Positions 19,609 to 30,655 of a stretch of DNA of 64,000 bases are shown one piece after another. Source of the DNA: Promethearchaeota archaeon (lineage in GTDB: Archaea > Asgardarchaeota > Thorarchaeia > Thorarchaeales > Thorarchaeaceae); NCBI GenBank assembly GCA_014728035.1, contig WJMJ01000018.1:75099-139098 (forward strand). The letters are read 5' to 3'. Position numbers and translations under genes: made by a program. Each line of letters begins with the position of its first letter. The first letter of the stretch is position 1. The notes beneath the pieces are model-generated. The model had not been told where the DNA came from and made no database searches. It saw nothing but the letters and a program-made list of their open reading frames with translations.

Positions 19609-21603
19609 ATGTTACCAAAGAAAGTAATAGACTCTGTAAATGAAGTTGTATCAGGTGTAAAAGCCAAGGATAATGTTGCCCATATATCAGGATTTCATCG
19701 GATACAAGTTACATCTCAAATTGACTTGGCAATTGACTGGGTTAAAGATGAAATTGATAGGTTAAGTGGAATTGAAACCAAAGTATTCGAATATGACTCA
19801 GATGGTGTTTCTTCAATCGAAACGTGGGACTCTCTTTACTCGTGGAATCCTGAAAGCGGGATGTTACGACTAATTGAACCTGAGAGTAAGATTCTAGCAG
19901 ACTTTGGAGCTGAGAAAATTTCACTTGCTGCTCACTCAACAACAGCCGATTGTGAAGCTGAAGTGGTCTACGTTGGAAAAGGCACCAAGGACTCTGATTA
20001 TGATGAGAAAGATATCAAAGGGAAAATTGTTCTAGCTACAGGAAAGGCAAAATATGTACATCAAAAAGCATGCATTGAACGTAATGCAATTGGAGTGCTT
20101 ACCTATATACCACCTTCTGGAAAGAACGAAATAGCCTCGATTCGAAGATATGAAGGTCTTTGGCCTAATTCCGAAGAAGCTGAAAAAACCAAATTTGGAT
20201 TTGCTTTGACTCAATCTGATGGTATTAAACTAAAATCATGGCTCGATAAAGGAAAGTCAGTAAAAGTAAAAGCAAGAATCAAGGCAGAATTAGGAACAGG
20301 AAAGCAAAGAATTCTTTCAGCACTGATTAAGGGAAAAGATGATTCAAAAGAAGTCTGGGCCTTCGCACATATTTGTCATCCCCATCCAGGTGCTAATGAT
20401 AATGCCTCGGGCGCAGGGTCATTACTTGAAGCAGTAAGAACAATTCAACACATGTTTAATGAAGGCACGATAGAGAAACCAGAATATTCGATCAGATTCC
20501 TTTGGGGTGCAGAGTGGCATTCAACAATTTATCTTATTGAGAATGAAAAGGATATTTTGAAAAAATGTGTTGCAATGATTAACATGGACATGGTGGGAAC
20601 TAATCCTGCGTTATCTGGTAGCATATTCAAAGTATATCGAACTCCATTCTCCTTACCTTCTTCATTGAACAATGTTGTAAGATACTGGTTGGAGCTGGAA
20701 GGTAAGAAGCTACCAAAAGCATCTGAAGGAGGAAGTATCACCCCACACACCTATGGATATTCACGATATAGTGCTGGAAGTGACCATTTTCTATTCACAG
20801 ATGCAACAATTGGTATACCTTCAGTAATGCTCAATCAGTATCCTGACAAATTCTATCATACCTCTACTGATACAATCGACAAGATTGATCCATCACAGAT
20901 GGCATATGCAACCAAAGTGCTTGCACTATCACTGCTAACTCTATCATATAGAAAAACAACCTGCAAAGAATCTCTCTTGATAAGCATCAGAAATGAAATG
21001 GTCGAGCTATTGCAGGCAACCTCATTCGATGCGGTTTCAAAACTTGGACAATGCATCGGAGATCCGGAAGATGTCTATGCGCAAGCATTTACATTTCTTG
21101 GATATGTGCGAAACCTAGGTTTTGCAACTCTTGATAAAGCAAAAGAAGAATGGTATTTGATAAGCGAACAGGAGCAACTCAGACAGTCTCTAAAAACCAG
21201 TATAGAAATGACTTACACTGCTGAAATGGTGGTCTTGCGGAGGGCATACGAGGGAGCTTGTGCAGAAGTTGGACTTGAGGCAAAAGAGGAGGAACTAATT
21301 GACCTCGACAAAGTCAGCTTTGAATTGGAAGTAAAACGAAAGTTCAAGTATGCACTCAGTCCATCAAAACTACTTGAAAAAGTTGGAGACCGTTCTGCAT
21401 ACTACATTGAGAAGCGAATGAATGACGAACACTTCTTTGATAAGATAGATGAATTACTCAATCTATCTGTAGACTGGGCTAATCTCGATGAGATATGGAA
21501 GAAGCTAGCTTTTCAATTCGGATATTTTGAACAAAAAGAACTTTCGGAAGTAATTAAGGACCTTGAAAAAGGAGGTCTGTTGGAAACCCGGAGTATCAGC
21601 TAA
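19609..21603 (+). CDS. M28 family peptidase with PA domain (DUF4910-like)
   Basis: AHICHP, GANDNASG, WGAE, NMDMVG, GSDH, FYHTSTDT motifs; PA insert VYVGKG...IKGKIVL. Confidence 0.85.
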   Translation: MLPKKVIDSVNEVVSGVKAKDNVAHISGFHRIQVTSQIDLAIDWVKDEIDRLSGIETKVFEYDSDGVSSIETWDSLYSWNPESGMLRLIEPESKILADFGAEKISLAAHSTTADCEAEVVYVGKGTKDSDYDEKDIKGKIVLATGKAKYVHQKACIERNAIGVLTYIPPSGKNEIASIRRYEGLWPNSEEAEKTKFGFALTQSDGIKLKSWLDKGKSVKVKARIKAELGTGKQRILSALIKGKDDSKEVWAFAHICHPHPGANDNASGAGSLLEAVRTIQHMFNEGTIEKPEYSIRFLWGAEWHSTIYLIENEKDILKKCVAMINMDMVGTNPALSGSIFKVYRTPFSLPSSLNNVVRYWLELEGKKLPKASEGGSITPHTYGYSRYSAGSDHFLFTDATIGIPSVMLNQYPDKFYHTSTDTIDKIDPSQMAYATKVLALSLLTLSYRKTTCKESLLISIRNEMVELLQATSFDAVSKLGQCIGDPEDVYAQAFTFLGYVRNLGFATLDKAKEEWYLISEQEQLRQSLKTSIEMTYTAEMVVLRRAYEGACAEVGLEAKEEELIDLDKVSFELEVKRKFKYALSPSKLLEKVGDRSAYYIEKRMNDEHFFDKIDELLNLSVDWANLDEIWKKLAFQFGYFEQKELSEVIKDLEKGGLLETRSIS

Positions 21604-22092
21604 ATGACTGAGAATCAGAGACCGTATTCTAAGGTCATATTTGCAGGGACATTTGACAGGTTGCACGAAGGTCATAAACATCTCCTTCGTGTTAGCCTTT
21701 CCTTAGGAGAAAATCTTGCAATTGGAATAACAACAGATAAGATGTTACAGAAAAAGACCGGTCACGATAAGATCCAATCTTTCAAAGAACGCTCTGCAAA
21801 TGTTATGAAGTTCTTACAAGACATTCAAGCTGCAGAAAGATGTGAGATATTCGCTATCGACACTGTAGAGGGAGGGGCTGACAAAATGGAAGATCTAGAA
21901 GCATTAATCATATCTGATGACAGAAAAGTCTTGGATAATGCCCTCAGAATCAATAATTTGAGGGAAGAAAACGGTCTAGATAGATTTCATATTGTTATTG
22001 TACCACTTGTAAAAACAAAAGATGGAAAACCACTATCATCTTCCAGAAAACGTCAGGGAGAATCTTTTGAAGAGGAAGAAATTATCTATTAA
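21604..22092 (+). CDS. coaD: archaeal/eukaryote-type phosphopantetheine adenylyltransferase
   Basis: GTFDRLHEGHK, GITTD, IN..R...GL, LSSSR motifs. Confidence 0.85.
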   Translation: MTENQRPYSKVIFAGTFDRLHEGHKHLLRVSLSLGENLAIGITTDKMLQKKTGHDKIQSFKERSANVMKFLQDIQAAERCEIFAIDTVEGGADKMEDLEALIISDDRKVLDNALRINNLREENGLDRFHIVIVPLVKTKDGKPLSSSRKRQGESFEEEEIIY

Positions 22093-23351
22093 AATTCTGA
22101 AAATCTGTGACCCTGAAGGTAGTACTGGTCAAAAATAGGATTAGAATCTAGAGGAACATACTCAGTTCTACTACAGATCTCAGAGATTTCTTCATCAGGA
22201 TCTTGAAGACAGCTTAGAATTCCAGCTCCTTCAAGAGCCCCATGTCCAACTTTTCTATGGCACGCTTGTACAAGATTTGGAAATAGACCAATGGAAGTCG
22301 CGGATTCAATGTCGAGATTAGCACCAAATGATCCAGTAAGGTAAAGATGGTTCACATCCCCTGGAGAGATATCCACACGGTCAAATAGAGTCATAATCGC
22401 TCCAAAGATTGCAGCCTTCGATTGTTGTAACATACGGATATCGGGTTGTGAGATGTATATTCGTTCACCAGTAGCAGAATCATCTTTCTCGACTATAGTA
22501 TAGCTAAAGATAGAGTTATGTTCGTGCAAATAGGGCAAATCCAAATTTCTCTGAATCGAACCATTTTCATTAATAATGCCTGTCCGTAACATTTCTGACA
22601 GTAGTGATATTGTGCCTGAACCACAGATTCCGGAAGGTAATAATCTACCAAGAACCAAAGTATTTGGTTTATATGATTCATCAATTTCAACTGCTGTTAT
22701 CGCACCAGGTTGTGCTGCCATTCCACATTTGATACTCATGCCTTCAAATGCAGGCCCAGATGGAGCAGAAGTGACTAAATATGAATCTTCATGCTTAAGA
22801 ACAATTTCACTATTCGTGCCAATATCAAGGAGTAGTTTTGTTTTTGATTCATTCTGTTTTGAAGATACTATCATACTGATTGCATCAGATCCGACAAATG
22901 CTTCCATAATTCTTGGACAGAAAACTTGAACATCGGATATTGTTTCCAGTCCAATTTGAGACCCAGAAGTCCAAATTGATCTAGTCTCTGTTGGATGGTA
23001 GGGAAAAGATGCAAGACCATCAAGCGAATAACCGAGAAGGACATGATGCATTACAGTATTTCCAACAACAGTAATCCTCAAAATTTGTTCAACTGAAATA
23101 TTGTGACTATCAAGTGTTTTTTGGATTAACAAATTGATTGTAGACCGTAATGAATTTGTCAACTCTCTAAGCTTCTCGGCGTTATTAAAAGAACATCTAA
23201 TTAACGAAACAATCTCTTGGCCATATTTGAGTAGAGAATTTGGAATTGAAAATATGGAAAAAGAATCATTACTACAAGTGAGCAATCGAGCAGATATTTG
23301 AGAGGTACCTACATCGATTGCTAGCTTGTACGAATCTTTCTTCTCCACCAC
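22089..23351 (-). CDS. ASKHA/DUF4445 ATP-dependent reductive activator of corrinoid proteins (RACo-like), lacking an Fe-S domain
   Basis: IDVGTS, GNTVMHH, LDIGTNSEIVL, GPAFEG, GICGSG, DIRMLQQSKAAI; probable GTG start near 23351 (the track start of 23408 overlaps the usp gene). Confidence 0.85.
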   Translation of the reverse strand: MVEKKDSYKLAIDVGTSQISARLLTCSNDSFSIFSIPNSLLKYGQEIVSLIRCSFNNAEKLRELTNSLRSTINLLIQKTLDSHNISVEQILRITVVGNTVMHHVLLGYSLDGLASFPYHPTETRSIWTSGSQIGLETISDVQVFCPRIMEAFVGSDAISMIVSSKQNESKTKLLLDIGTNSEIVLKHEDSYLVTSAPSGPAFEGMSIKCGMAAQPGAITAVEIDESYKPNTLVLGRLLPSGICGSGTISLLSEMLRTGIINENGSIQRNLDLPYLHEHNSIFSYTIVEKDDSATGERIYISQPDIRMLQQSKAAIFGAIMTLFDRVDISPGDVNHLYLTGSFGANLDIESATSIGLFPNLVQACHRKVGHGALEGAGILSCLQDPDEEISEICSRTEYVPLDSNPIFDQYYLQGHRFSEF

Positions 23352-23383
23352 ATGCCACCAGCGGTTGGTCTCACAATGAAATT

Positions 23384-23833
23384 TTATCGAACCAACATAA
23401 CTGGACAAGTCGCATGATTTACTACTTTGTCACTAATAGATCCAACAAATAATCTCTTGATACCACTAACACCTCGCGAACCCATGATAATCAAGTCTGC
23501 ACCCTGTTCTTCAGCTATCTCAATTATCCGATTTGCAGGATCACCATGAGATATTAGATCAGTTACTTGACAATTCAAGGAATTTGCAATTTTTTTAGCT
23601 TTGGAAAGAATATCCTCACCTAACTTCTGAAGAGCAAGAAAAGGTTGATCGGAAACAGTGTCATGATAGGGAGTGGCTGAAACGAGCATTGGCACCACAT
23701 TTAGTAGGATAACCTCTGCCTCTAATTTTGGCCCCATCGAACACGCATATCTTACCGCTTTATCAGAATGCTCAGACCCATCTATTGCAACTAGAATGGT
23801 CTTTAATTCAACTTTCTCAGCTTCTGAACTCAT
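23384..23833 (-). CDS. uspA: universal stress protein
   Basis: ILVAIDGSEHS, GDPA, DLIIMGSRG, GSISDKVV, CPVMLVR. Confidence 0.95.
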   Translation of the reverse strand: MSSEAEKVELKTILVAIDGSEHSDKAVRYACSMGPKLEAEVILLNVVPMLVSATPYHDTVSDQPFLALQKLGEDILSKAKKIANSLNCQVTDLISHGDPANRIIEIAEEQGADLIIMGSRGVSGIKRLFVGSISDKVVNHATCPVMLVR

Positions 23834-23974
23834 ATCACACCAACATATGTTTCAGTGTAAGCGAGCCTTATCTCTCTTGTGCCACAGTGTAATTTCAAGT
23901 AGGATATGGAAACACACGATGAGAATATATGGAAATATTTCTCTAATTACTCATATCATTCGGAGCCGTTAATA

Positions 23975-24208
23975 ATGCGAATAACTGGTACACGTTACAC
24001 TATTGACAAAAAACCCCCCGTTTTAGAACTGAGATATCAGGGAAGAGTTGTTTCCAAGTTCGAATATGTTGGCAAAACACTCAATGATGTGTCAGAAGAA
24101 ATTTGGGCCGATCTAAAGCGCAAAGGAACAACAATTCTGAAGGGTGCTTTGAAGGACGAGCTGTCCACTCTATTTCCAGGAATTAGAGTGACAGGGCCCT
24201 TGAAGTAA
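23975..24208 (+). CDS. small basic hypothetical protein (77 aa)
   Basis: ATG 23975 gives a compact, protein-like ORF (MRITGTRYTIDKKPPVLEL). Confidence 0.65.
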   Translation: MRITGTRYTIDKKPPVLELRYQGRVVSKFEYVGKTLNDVSEEIWADLKRKGTTILKGALKDELSTLFPGIRVTGPLK

Positions 24209-24224
24209 AGAGATTCCTAAGAGG

Positions 24225-25730
24225 TTAGAGGTCTGAGAACCTCTTCTCACCTCTTACCAACAAACGTAGAGTATCAACCAATTCAGTATACTTGACTCTG
24301 ACTTGATCCATACTATCACGGTCTCTTATTGTAACCGTGGTATCCTCTAAGGTATCATAATCGATAGTAATACAATAGGGTGTTCCTATCTCATCCTGCC
24401 GACGGTATCGCCGTCCAATCGACCCACTTCTATCATAATATGTTATGAGACCGCTTTCTAGGATATCCTCGTAGATTTCCTTTGCTTTTGATTCAAGTTC
24501 GTCTTTCCCCATCAAAGGAAAGACTGCTACTTGAATAGGAGCAACTGATGGTGGGAATCGTAACCAGCTCCTTTCGTCATCTTCTTCATATGCATTATCA
24601 ATTAAACAATAAAGAGGCCGTTCAACGCCAAACGCTATTTCAAGAACATCGGGTACTACAGGTTTTTTATCAACTTTGACATAGAGCTTCTCTTTTGAGA
24701 ACTCTTTGTGGCGTGTCAAGTCATAATTTCCACGATCATGTACACCACAGCATTCCACCCAGCCAAAACTTTCTGTATAAACTTCTACATCCCATGCGTC
24801 TTTTGCATAATGTGCTCGTTCATTTGGAAGGTGTTGACGAAGTCGCATCATATCATCTGTGAAACCCATGCTTCTAAATATCTGATATGCCAGATGCACA
24901 CACCAACCATATGCTTGTTTTTGGAAATAGCCCTTCTCTAGCGCTTCCTTCATTGAAACCTCTACTACCTCATCTGATTCTCCTTCCTGGTTCTGATACG
25001 GAAGCAGAGGAAGTGTATCATCTGCGATGGCAGGGAAGAATTCCCAATCAATCTCATCAGCTTCAAGAATGAATATCTGCCCCTCAACTTGAGTGAATTC
25101 TCTTAGTCTTAGCATGCCTTGACGAGGTGATATTTCGTTTCTGTAGGCTTTTCCAATCTGAAAGACCTGCGCCGGAAGTTTGCGTCTAAAAAATGTAAGA
25201 AATCTTTTGAACAACAAGTAGGTTGTCGTTGCAGTTTCAGGTCGCATATACGCAGTCTGATCCAGACCAAGTTGCGTCTTTAACATAAGATTATACTGGG
25301 TAACAGGACCAAGTTCGGCCTTACACGACGGACAGACTATACCTAATTCTTCCATCTTTTCAGTCATCTCATCAAGAGATAGACCTTTGATTTTCGCATC
25401 TGGAACCTGTTCTTCAATGAGGGTATCGGCACGATAACTCTGATCACACTTAGTACATACTGTAACAGGATCGATAAAACCATCGAGGTGACCAGATGCC
25501 TTCCATACAATTTCCGGAGAAACAGTTGGACACTCAACTTCCCAGAAGTTAGCTTTGACAAATGAACCACGTATTTGGCTCTCTAATCGGTTCTTCAAAA
25601 GTTTGCCAAGAGGACCTAAATCATAAAGACCTGCGGCTCCACCATAAATCTCAGGGGATGGCCCCCAGAAGAAACCTCTCTTTTTACAAAGTCCATATAT
25701 AACTTCTTGATGGTCTTTATCATCACTCAT
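24225..25730 (-). CDS. glyS: glycine--tRNA ligase (alpha2, archaeal/eukaryal type)
   Basis: YMRPETA, QIGKAYRNEISPRQGMLRLREFTQ, ERAHYA, SGSIGRRYRRQDEIGTP. Confidence 0.97.
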   Translation of the reverse strand: MSDDKDHQEVIYGLCKKRGFFWGPSPEIYGGAAGLYDLGPLGKLLKNRLESQIRGSFVKANFWEVECPTVSPEIVWKASGHLDGFIDPVTVCTKCDQSYRADTLIEEQVPDAKIKGLSLDEMTEKMEELGIVCPSCKAELGPVTQYNLMLKTQLGLDQTAYMRPETATTTYLLFKRFLTFFRRKLPAQVFQIGKAYRNEISPRQGMLRLREFTQVEGQIFILEADEIDWEFFPAIADDTLPLLPYQNQEGESDEVVEVSMKEALEKGYFQKQAYGWCVHLAYQIFRSMGFTDDMMRLRQHLPNERAHYAKDAWDVEVYTESFGWVECCGVHDRGNYDLTRHKEFSKEKLYVKVDKKPVVPDVLEIAFGVERPLYCLIDNAYEEDDERSWLRFPPSVAPIQVAVFPLMGKDELESKAKEIYEDILESGLITYYDRSGSIGRRYRRQDEIGTPYCITIDYDTLEDTTVTIRDRDSMDQVRVKYTELVDTLRLLVRGEKRFSDL

Positions 25731-25879
25731 AGTCAAAACCAATCTTCGTGCTAATTACGTGTTTCTTAAACCTATGGTTGAATGACCTATTTTTGTACAT
25801 CACTCGGTAATGATGTTCCTTGGGAAGACGTTCGTCATTCTTATTAGTGAAATAAGACTCTGGAAATCAGGGTGCTGAA

Positions 25880-27142
25880 ATGGTTGAAGATTCGCAAATA
25901 TCGGGTTTCTACAAGTTATCAATGAATGAACGACAGAAAAAACTACAAGAACTCACAGGAATTAATCCTGAAGTCCTTGAGCCACTTTTTAATCCTGGCA
26001 CAGTTGATATGGAAGTTCTAGACCATATGATAGAAAATGTAGTTGGGTCCATGACCTTACCATTGGGGATAGCTACGAACTTCAGAGTTAACAATCAGGA
26101 CTATCTTATTCCAATGGCGATCGAAGAACCATCAGTTGTTGCAGCTGCGAGTAATGCTGCAAAAATGACTCGTCCTCATGGGGGATTCTATGCTACAGAC
26201 ACAGGACCTGTTATGATTGCACAGATACAAGCTATAGAGGTGCCAGCACCGTTTTCAGCTAAGATTGACATATTACGAATAAAAGAAGAGCTTCTAGAAT
26301 TCGCAAACAAACAGGATCCGATATTGGTTAAATTTGGAGGTGGTGCAAAGGACATTCGAGTAAGAGTTATTGACTCATCCATTGGACCGATGTTGATAAC
26401 TGAACTGATAGTAGATACACGTGATGCCATGGGTGCCAATGCGGTTAACACAATGGCTGAAGCTCTCGCACCTAGAATTAAAGAAGTCACTGGTGGCAAA
26501 GTACTTCTGAGAATTTTATCAAATCTTGCAGAGTTACGACTTGTTCAGGTTCGGGCAATCTTTGATGCAAAGATGCTTGGTGGTGAAGAAGTGGTAGATG
26601 GAATAATTGCAGCTTGGGCATTTGCTGAGGCGGACCCGTATAGATGTGCCACACACAACAAAGGAATTATGAACGGAATCGATGCTGTAGTTGTAGCAAC
26701 TGGAAATGACTTCAGAGCTATTGAGGCTGGAGCACACAGTTTTGCTGCCAAAAATGGTTACAGTTCATTAACTAAATACGAAAAAAATGAAGATGGAAAC
26801 CTTGTTGGAAGTATTGAGATTCCAATGGCAGTTGGACTTGTAGGGGGAGCTACAAAAGTACATCCGGTTGCTAGGGCCAGTGTTAAAATCCTAAATGTTG
26901 AAACATCCATAGAGCTTGCTCGCATCATTGCTTCAGTGGGACTTGCGCAAAATGCCGCCGCGCTTCGTGCTCTTGCAGCAGAAGGGATTCAGAAAGGGCA
27001 CATGGCACTACACGCAAGAAATGTTGCTTCTACCGCTGGAGCTCGTGGAGAAATGATTGAAGTCATCGCAAAGAAATTGATTGAAGAAAAAATGGTCAAA
27101 GTCGAACGAGCAAAAGAACTCTTGGAAGAACTATCCAAATAG
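25880..27142 (+). CDS. mvaA: HMG-CoA reductase, class II
   Basis: MIENVVG, EEPSVVAAAS, DAMGAN, THNKGIMNG, GHMALHARN. Confidence 0.95.
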   Translation: MVEDSQISGFYKLSMNERQKKLQELTGINPEVLEPLFNPGTVDMEVLDHMIENVVGSMTLPLGIATNFRVNNQDYLIPMAIEEPSVVAAASNAAKMTRPHGGFYATDTGPVMIAQIQAIEVPAPFSAKIDILRIKEELLEFANKQDPILVKFGGGAKDIRVRVIDSSIGPMLITELIVDTRDAMGANAVNTMAEALAPRIKEVTGGKVLLRILSNLAELRLVQVRAIFDAKMLGGEEVVDGIIAAWAFAEADPYRCATHNKGIMNGIDAVVVATGNDFRAIEAGAHSFAAKNGYSSLTKYEKNEDGNLVGSIEIPMAVGLVGGATKVHPVARASVKILNVETSIELARIIASVGLAQNAAALRALAAEGIQKGHMALHARNVASTAGARGEMIEVIAKKLIEEKMVKVERAKELLEELSK

Positions 27143-27143
27143 G

Positions 27144-30100
27144 TTATTTGGAAACATCATGAAGAGGTATATGAATTCTGAAGCTCGTCTGTTTGGAATC
27201 ATCAAGTGTGATTTTCCAATCATGAGCTTCTATAATTCGTTTCACTATCTGAAGACCTAATCCACCCTTATCTTTGCTACTAATCTTCTTAAGAAAAATA
27301 GACTTTCTGATTTTTTCAGGGATTTCTTTTCCATCATTTGTTATAACGATATCAACCTCTTTACCATGATATTCGCTAAAAACAGATATGGTAGATGGAT
27401 TTCCATGTTCAAATGCATTTTGAATGAGATTTTGAAATGCTTGAGTTATTTTTGCCAAATCGCACTCTACTGTTGGTAGGTTTGAAAGATGCATATCAAC
27501 TGAGTTAGGTATGATTGTATCATTTATCGATTGAAGAATCTCGAATAAGTCACATGTTTCTCTTTGGCCTATAATCATACCCGCATCTGCAAGTTGGACT
27601 GATTCTCTTAGGAGACTCTCCATCTGGTCAATCATAGTCTTGAACCTGGAGATGTAATCAGGATTGTATTCATCATCCAATAATGAAAGTAATCCCATCA
27701 TATTATGTAAGATGTTAGATATGTCATGCTTCATCTGATGTGTGAATTTAGATAGTTCATCTCGCTGGGTTTCTAATTTCAATTTCGCTTCTATCTCAGG
27801 AGTGATATCTTGTGCAGAACCAATTATCCGAAAAACATCTGATTCGGATTTGACTTTCTGAACAGCACCATACCCATGAATCCAACGTATGGTTCCTTCT
27901 GGAAGATGTATGCGATAAATGAAATTAACAACATCCAAATTATCTGCATTTTGTAACAACTGTTTGAATCTCTCTTTGTCATCGGAATGAACTATGGAAA
28001 GGAACCACTTCCACAGGTCTTCCGTTTTTTCTGGAACTTGATTCTGTGTGATTCCATGAATATCACACCACTGATCACTAAAATAAGATTCAGACAGATC
28101 ATTTCTTAATTCAAAATAACCAATTCCGGTGGCCTCCATTGCAATACCGAGTCGCTCCTTGCTCTTCTGAAGCTGCTTTTCAATCTCTATATGTTTGGTA
28201 ATGTCGGTTGCAATCATTAGGAGATGATTGGGCGAAGCCTTTGTAAAGTACCAGATCATATGAAAACTTCGATTTTGTGTAAGCATTTGGTATTCTGTCT
28301 CAAATTGAATGATATCTCCCAAGCTCATTGCCATTGCTTCTGTAATTTTATGTTTATAATGTGGAGATTGGTGATAAATCTCCTCTACAGTCTTTCCAAC
28401 CAGAGATTCGACTTTTCCTTTGGAAGCATCATGGATTCTGAAATTAACAGCAACAAGACGAATAGATCCATCTTCTTCACGCTCCCAGACCTGAACAAAT
28501 TCTGGTATTGCATTAAATAATGCTCGGAAAAATGCTTCACTCTCTGTAAGTTCTAGAGCCAGTTTTTGTCGTTCAGTTGTGTCTCTCATGCTTGTGCGGA
28601 ATCCAAGTAGCTCACCAAGATTGTTGCGCATTGGTTGATATGACATAGCTATCCAACGAACTAAACCGTCTTTGGTTAATATTCTAAAAGGGATATCATT
28701 TCCTTTGGATTCTCCATCAGTTGCTTGATTCAAGATATCAAATATTTTGTATCGATCTTCTGGATGAATAATTGATATTGGATAATCCTTCATTCCCATA
28801 CAGTCTTTCACAGAATATCCAGTAATCCTTTCGACTGCAGGATTTACCCATATGAGATTCCCATCATTACCAATCCAACTCTCCCAATCATAGGTTACAT
28901 CAGCAATTATTCTAAAATAGGGGTCTCGAATCGGGTCAGATATACCATTGGCACCTCCAGTAACATCCTTCAGAATGCAGTGGGTCTTCTCAAAGGTTCC
29001 ATTGCTATTATATGAAATGCACCCATCAATGGAAACTTGTCGAATATCTCCGTCCTCTCGAATCATATCATAACGAACGTCATGAACTCGACCGTCTTCT
29101 TTGAATTTCTGGAAGTTTTCGTGGAATTTTCGCCGTTGAGATTCTACAATGAAATCCCCAAAACTTCGTCCGATTACGTTATCTCTATCATAGTCAAATA
29201 ATTCTAGCCATGCCAAATTGACTTCGCGGATACAACCATTTCCATCCAGTGACTGATATGGAAGAGGGGCATATTCGAATAGAGAGCTGAAATAGGAAGT
29301 CTGTTGTTTGATCTCTTGTTCTGCTTTGTATTCCTCAGTTTTGTCTGAGAAAACTACCAATACAGACCGTTTGTCAGCATATTGAATCGGATTCAGAAAT
29401 GCCTCTAGCCATTTTATCGTTCCAGAAGTGTTCACTATTTTGTAACGCTTCTTGATAGGTGTATTAAATTCTCCTAGTTTTCTTTCATAATCTTCAACTA
29501 ATTCTGGATGTTCTGATATATCAAGAATTGCTGATAGATTATCCGGTCCAAATCCAATCAGCTCGCTTTTCTTATATCCAAGTATCTCTCCGGCCATCTC
29601 ATTTGCAAATAACACTTGAACTGAATCCAACCCAATAACCAACACTCCTTGCGGGGTTGATTCAATTAATGCTTCTGCTAATTCTTCACTCATCTCTTTT
29701 AATCGAATGGCCTCTTTCTCTTTTGTAATATCAGATACTAAGAGAACGATATGTTTCCCATTTTGGTGGAGACTAAGGTAAGCACGATACCAAATCTTCT
29801 CTTCATCAAATTCTAACCAGTATTCCATAACTTCTGTCTGACCAGTTTCAAGAATTCTCTGTTTACGTTCGATATATTCTTCATAAATACGAGGCGGAAC
29901 GACATCACTAGCTTTTTTGCCCAGAAATTCATCAGGCGATACAATTACTCTGGACGTTTCAGAACCGAAGAAATCTATATATCTATCATCTTCGTCCATC
30001 ACAAAAATCATATCTTGCATGGATTCGATTAATAGACGATTCCGAAGCTTGGATTCATCTAAAGCCTTACTAATTTGAAAACTCAACACTGCATTTTGCA

Positions 30101-30458
30101 ACGCATGAGCTAATTCAGAATACATTGATTGAGGTTCAGCATCTTTCTTAATGTATTGAGTTGCCCCTTTGTTCAAAGCTTCGATAGCAACATCTTCTCT
30201 CGACTTCCCGGTAAACAGTATGAAAGGAATCCTGGAATCACGTTTCCGGACATATTCGAGCAGATCAAGACCATTGTGAATAGGCATATCATAATCTGAT
30301 ATTATTGCGTCAAATTTTTTCTCTGCAATCAATTCCATTGCTTTTTCACTTGATGATAGAGTTACAATATCTAATCCTGTTAGTGTTGTAAGAAATCGTT
30401 TTGCAACCTGACATGTGATTTCATCATCGTCAACAAATAATACCGTTGCAGAGCACAT
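27144..30458 (-). CDS. hybrid sensor histidine kinase: REC, 6 PAS, HisKA, HATPase
   Basis: VLFVDDD / ISDYDMP receiver; six PAS/PAC units; KHDISN H-box, NLIQNAFEHG N-box, GGLGL G2 box. Confidence 0.92.
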   Translation of the reverse strand: MCSATVLFVDDDEITCQVAKRFLTTLTGLDIVTLSSSEKAMELIAEKKFDAIISDYDMPIHNGLDLLEYVRKRDSRIPFILFTGKSREDVAIEALNKGATQYIKKDAEPQSMYSELAHALQNAVLSFQISKALDESKLRNRLLIESMQDMIFVMDEDDRYIDFFGSETSRVIVSPDEFLGKKASDVVPPRIYEEYIERKQRILETGQTEVMEYWLEFDEEKIWYRAYLSLHQNGKHIVLLVSDITKEKEAIRLKEMSEELAEALIESTPQGVLVIGLDSVQVLFANEMAGEILGYKKSELIGFGPDNLSAILDISEHPELVEDYERKLGEFNTPIKKRYKIVNTSGTIKWLEAFLNPIQYADKRSVLVVFSDKTEEYKAEQEIKQQTSYFSSLFEYAPLPYQSLDGNGCIREVNLAWLELFDYDRDNVIGRSFGDFIVESQRRKFHENFQKFKEDGRVHDVRYDMIREDGDIRQVSIDGCISYNSNGTFEKTHCILKDVTGGANGISDPIRDPYFRIIADVTYDWESWIGNDGNLIWVNPAVERITGYSVKDCMGMKDYPISIIHPEDRYKIFDILNQATDGESKGNDIPFRILTKDGLVRWIAMSYQPMRNNLGELLGFRTSMRDTTERQKLALELTESEAFFRALFNAIPEFVQVWEREEDGSIRLVAVNFRIHDASKGKVESLVGKTVEEIYHQSPHYKHKITEAMAMSLGDIIQFETEYQMLTQNRSFHMIWYFTKASPNHLLMIATDITKHIEIEKQLQKSKERLGIAMEATGIGYFELRNDLSESYFSDQWCDIHGITQNQVPEKTEDLWKWFLSIVHSDDKERFKQLLQNADNLDVVNFIYRIHLPEGTIRWIHGYGAVQKVKSESDVFRIIGSAQDITPEIEAKLKLETQRDELSKFTHQMKHDISNILHNMMGLLSLLDDEYNPDYISRFKTMIDQMESLLRESVQLADAGMIIGQRETCDLFEILQSINDTIIPNSVDMHLSNLPTVECDLAKITQAFQNLIQNAFEHGNPSTISVFSEYHGKEVDIVITNDGKEIPEKIRKSIFLKKISSKDKGGLGLQIVKRIIEAHDWKITLDDSKQTSFRIHIPLHDVSK

Positions 30459-30655
30459 TTAATCACCAGCTAAAGTGCCCTTGTAATAAACAGTTCCACC
30501 TTAGGCATAGGATATATGAAAGAGCACCATTTATCTCTGTTTATTATAAACTATTTATCGAAACCAGTTCATCAGCGGAACATATTTGTACGAATCAAAT
30601 CAAATAACCACCTGACCTCAGGCTTGCAGAGGGAACTACAAAGGGTCGGAATAAT

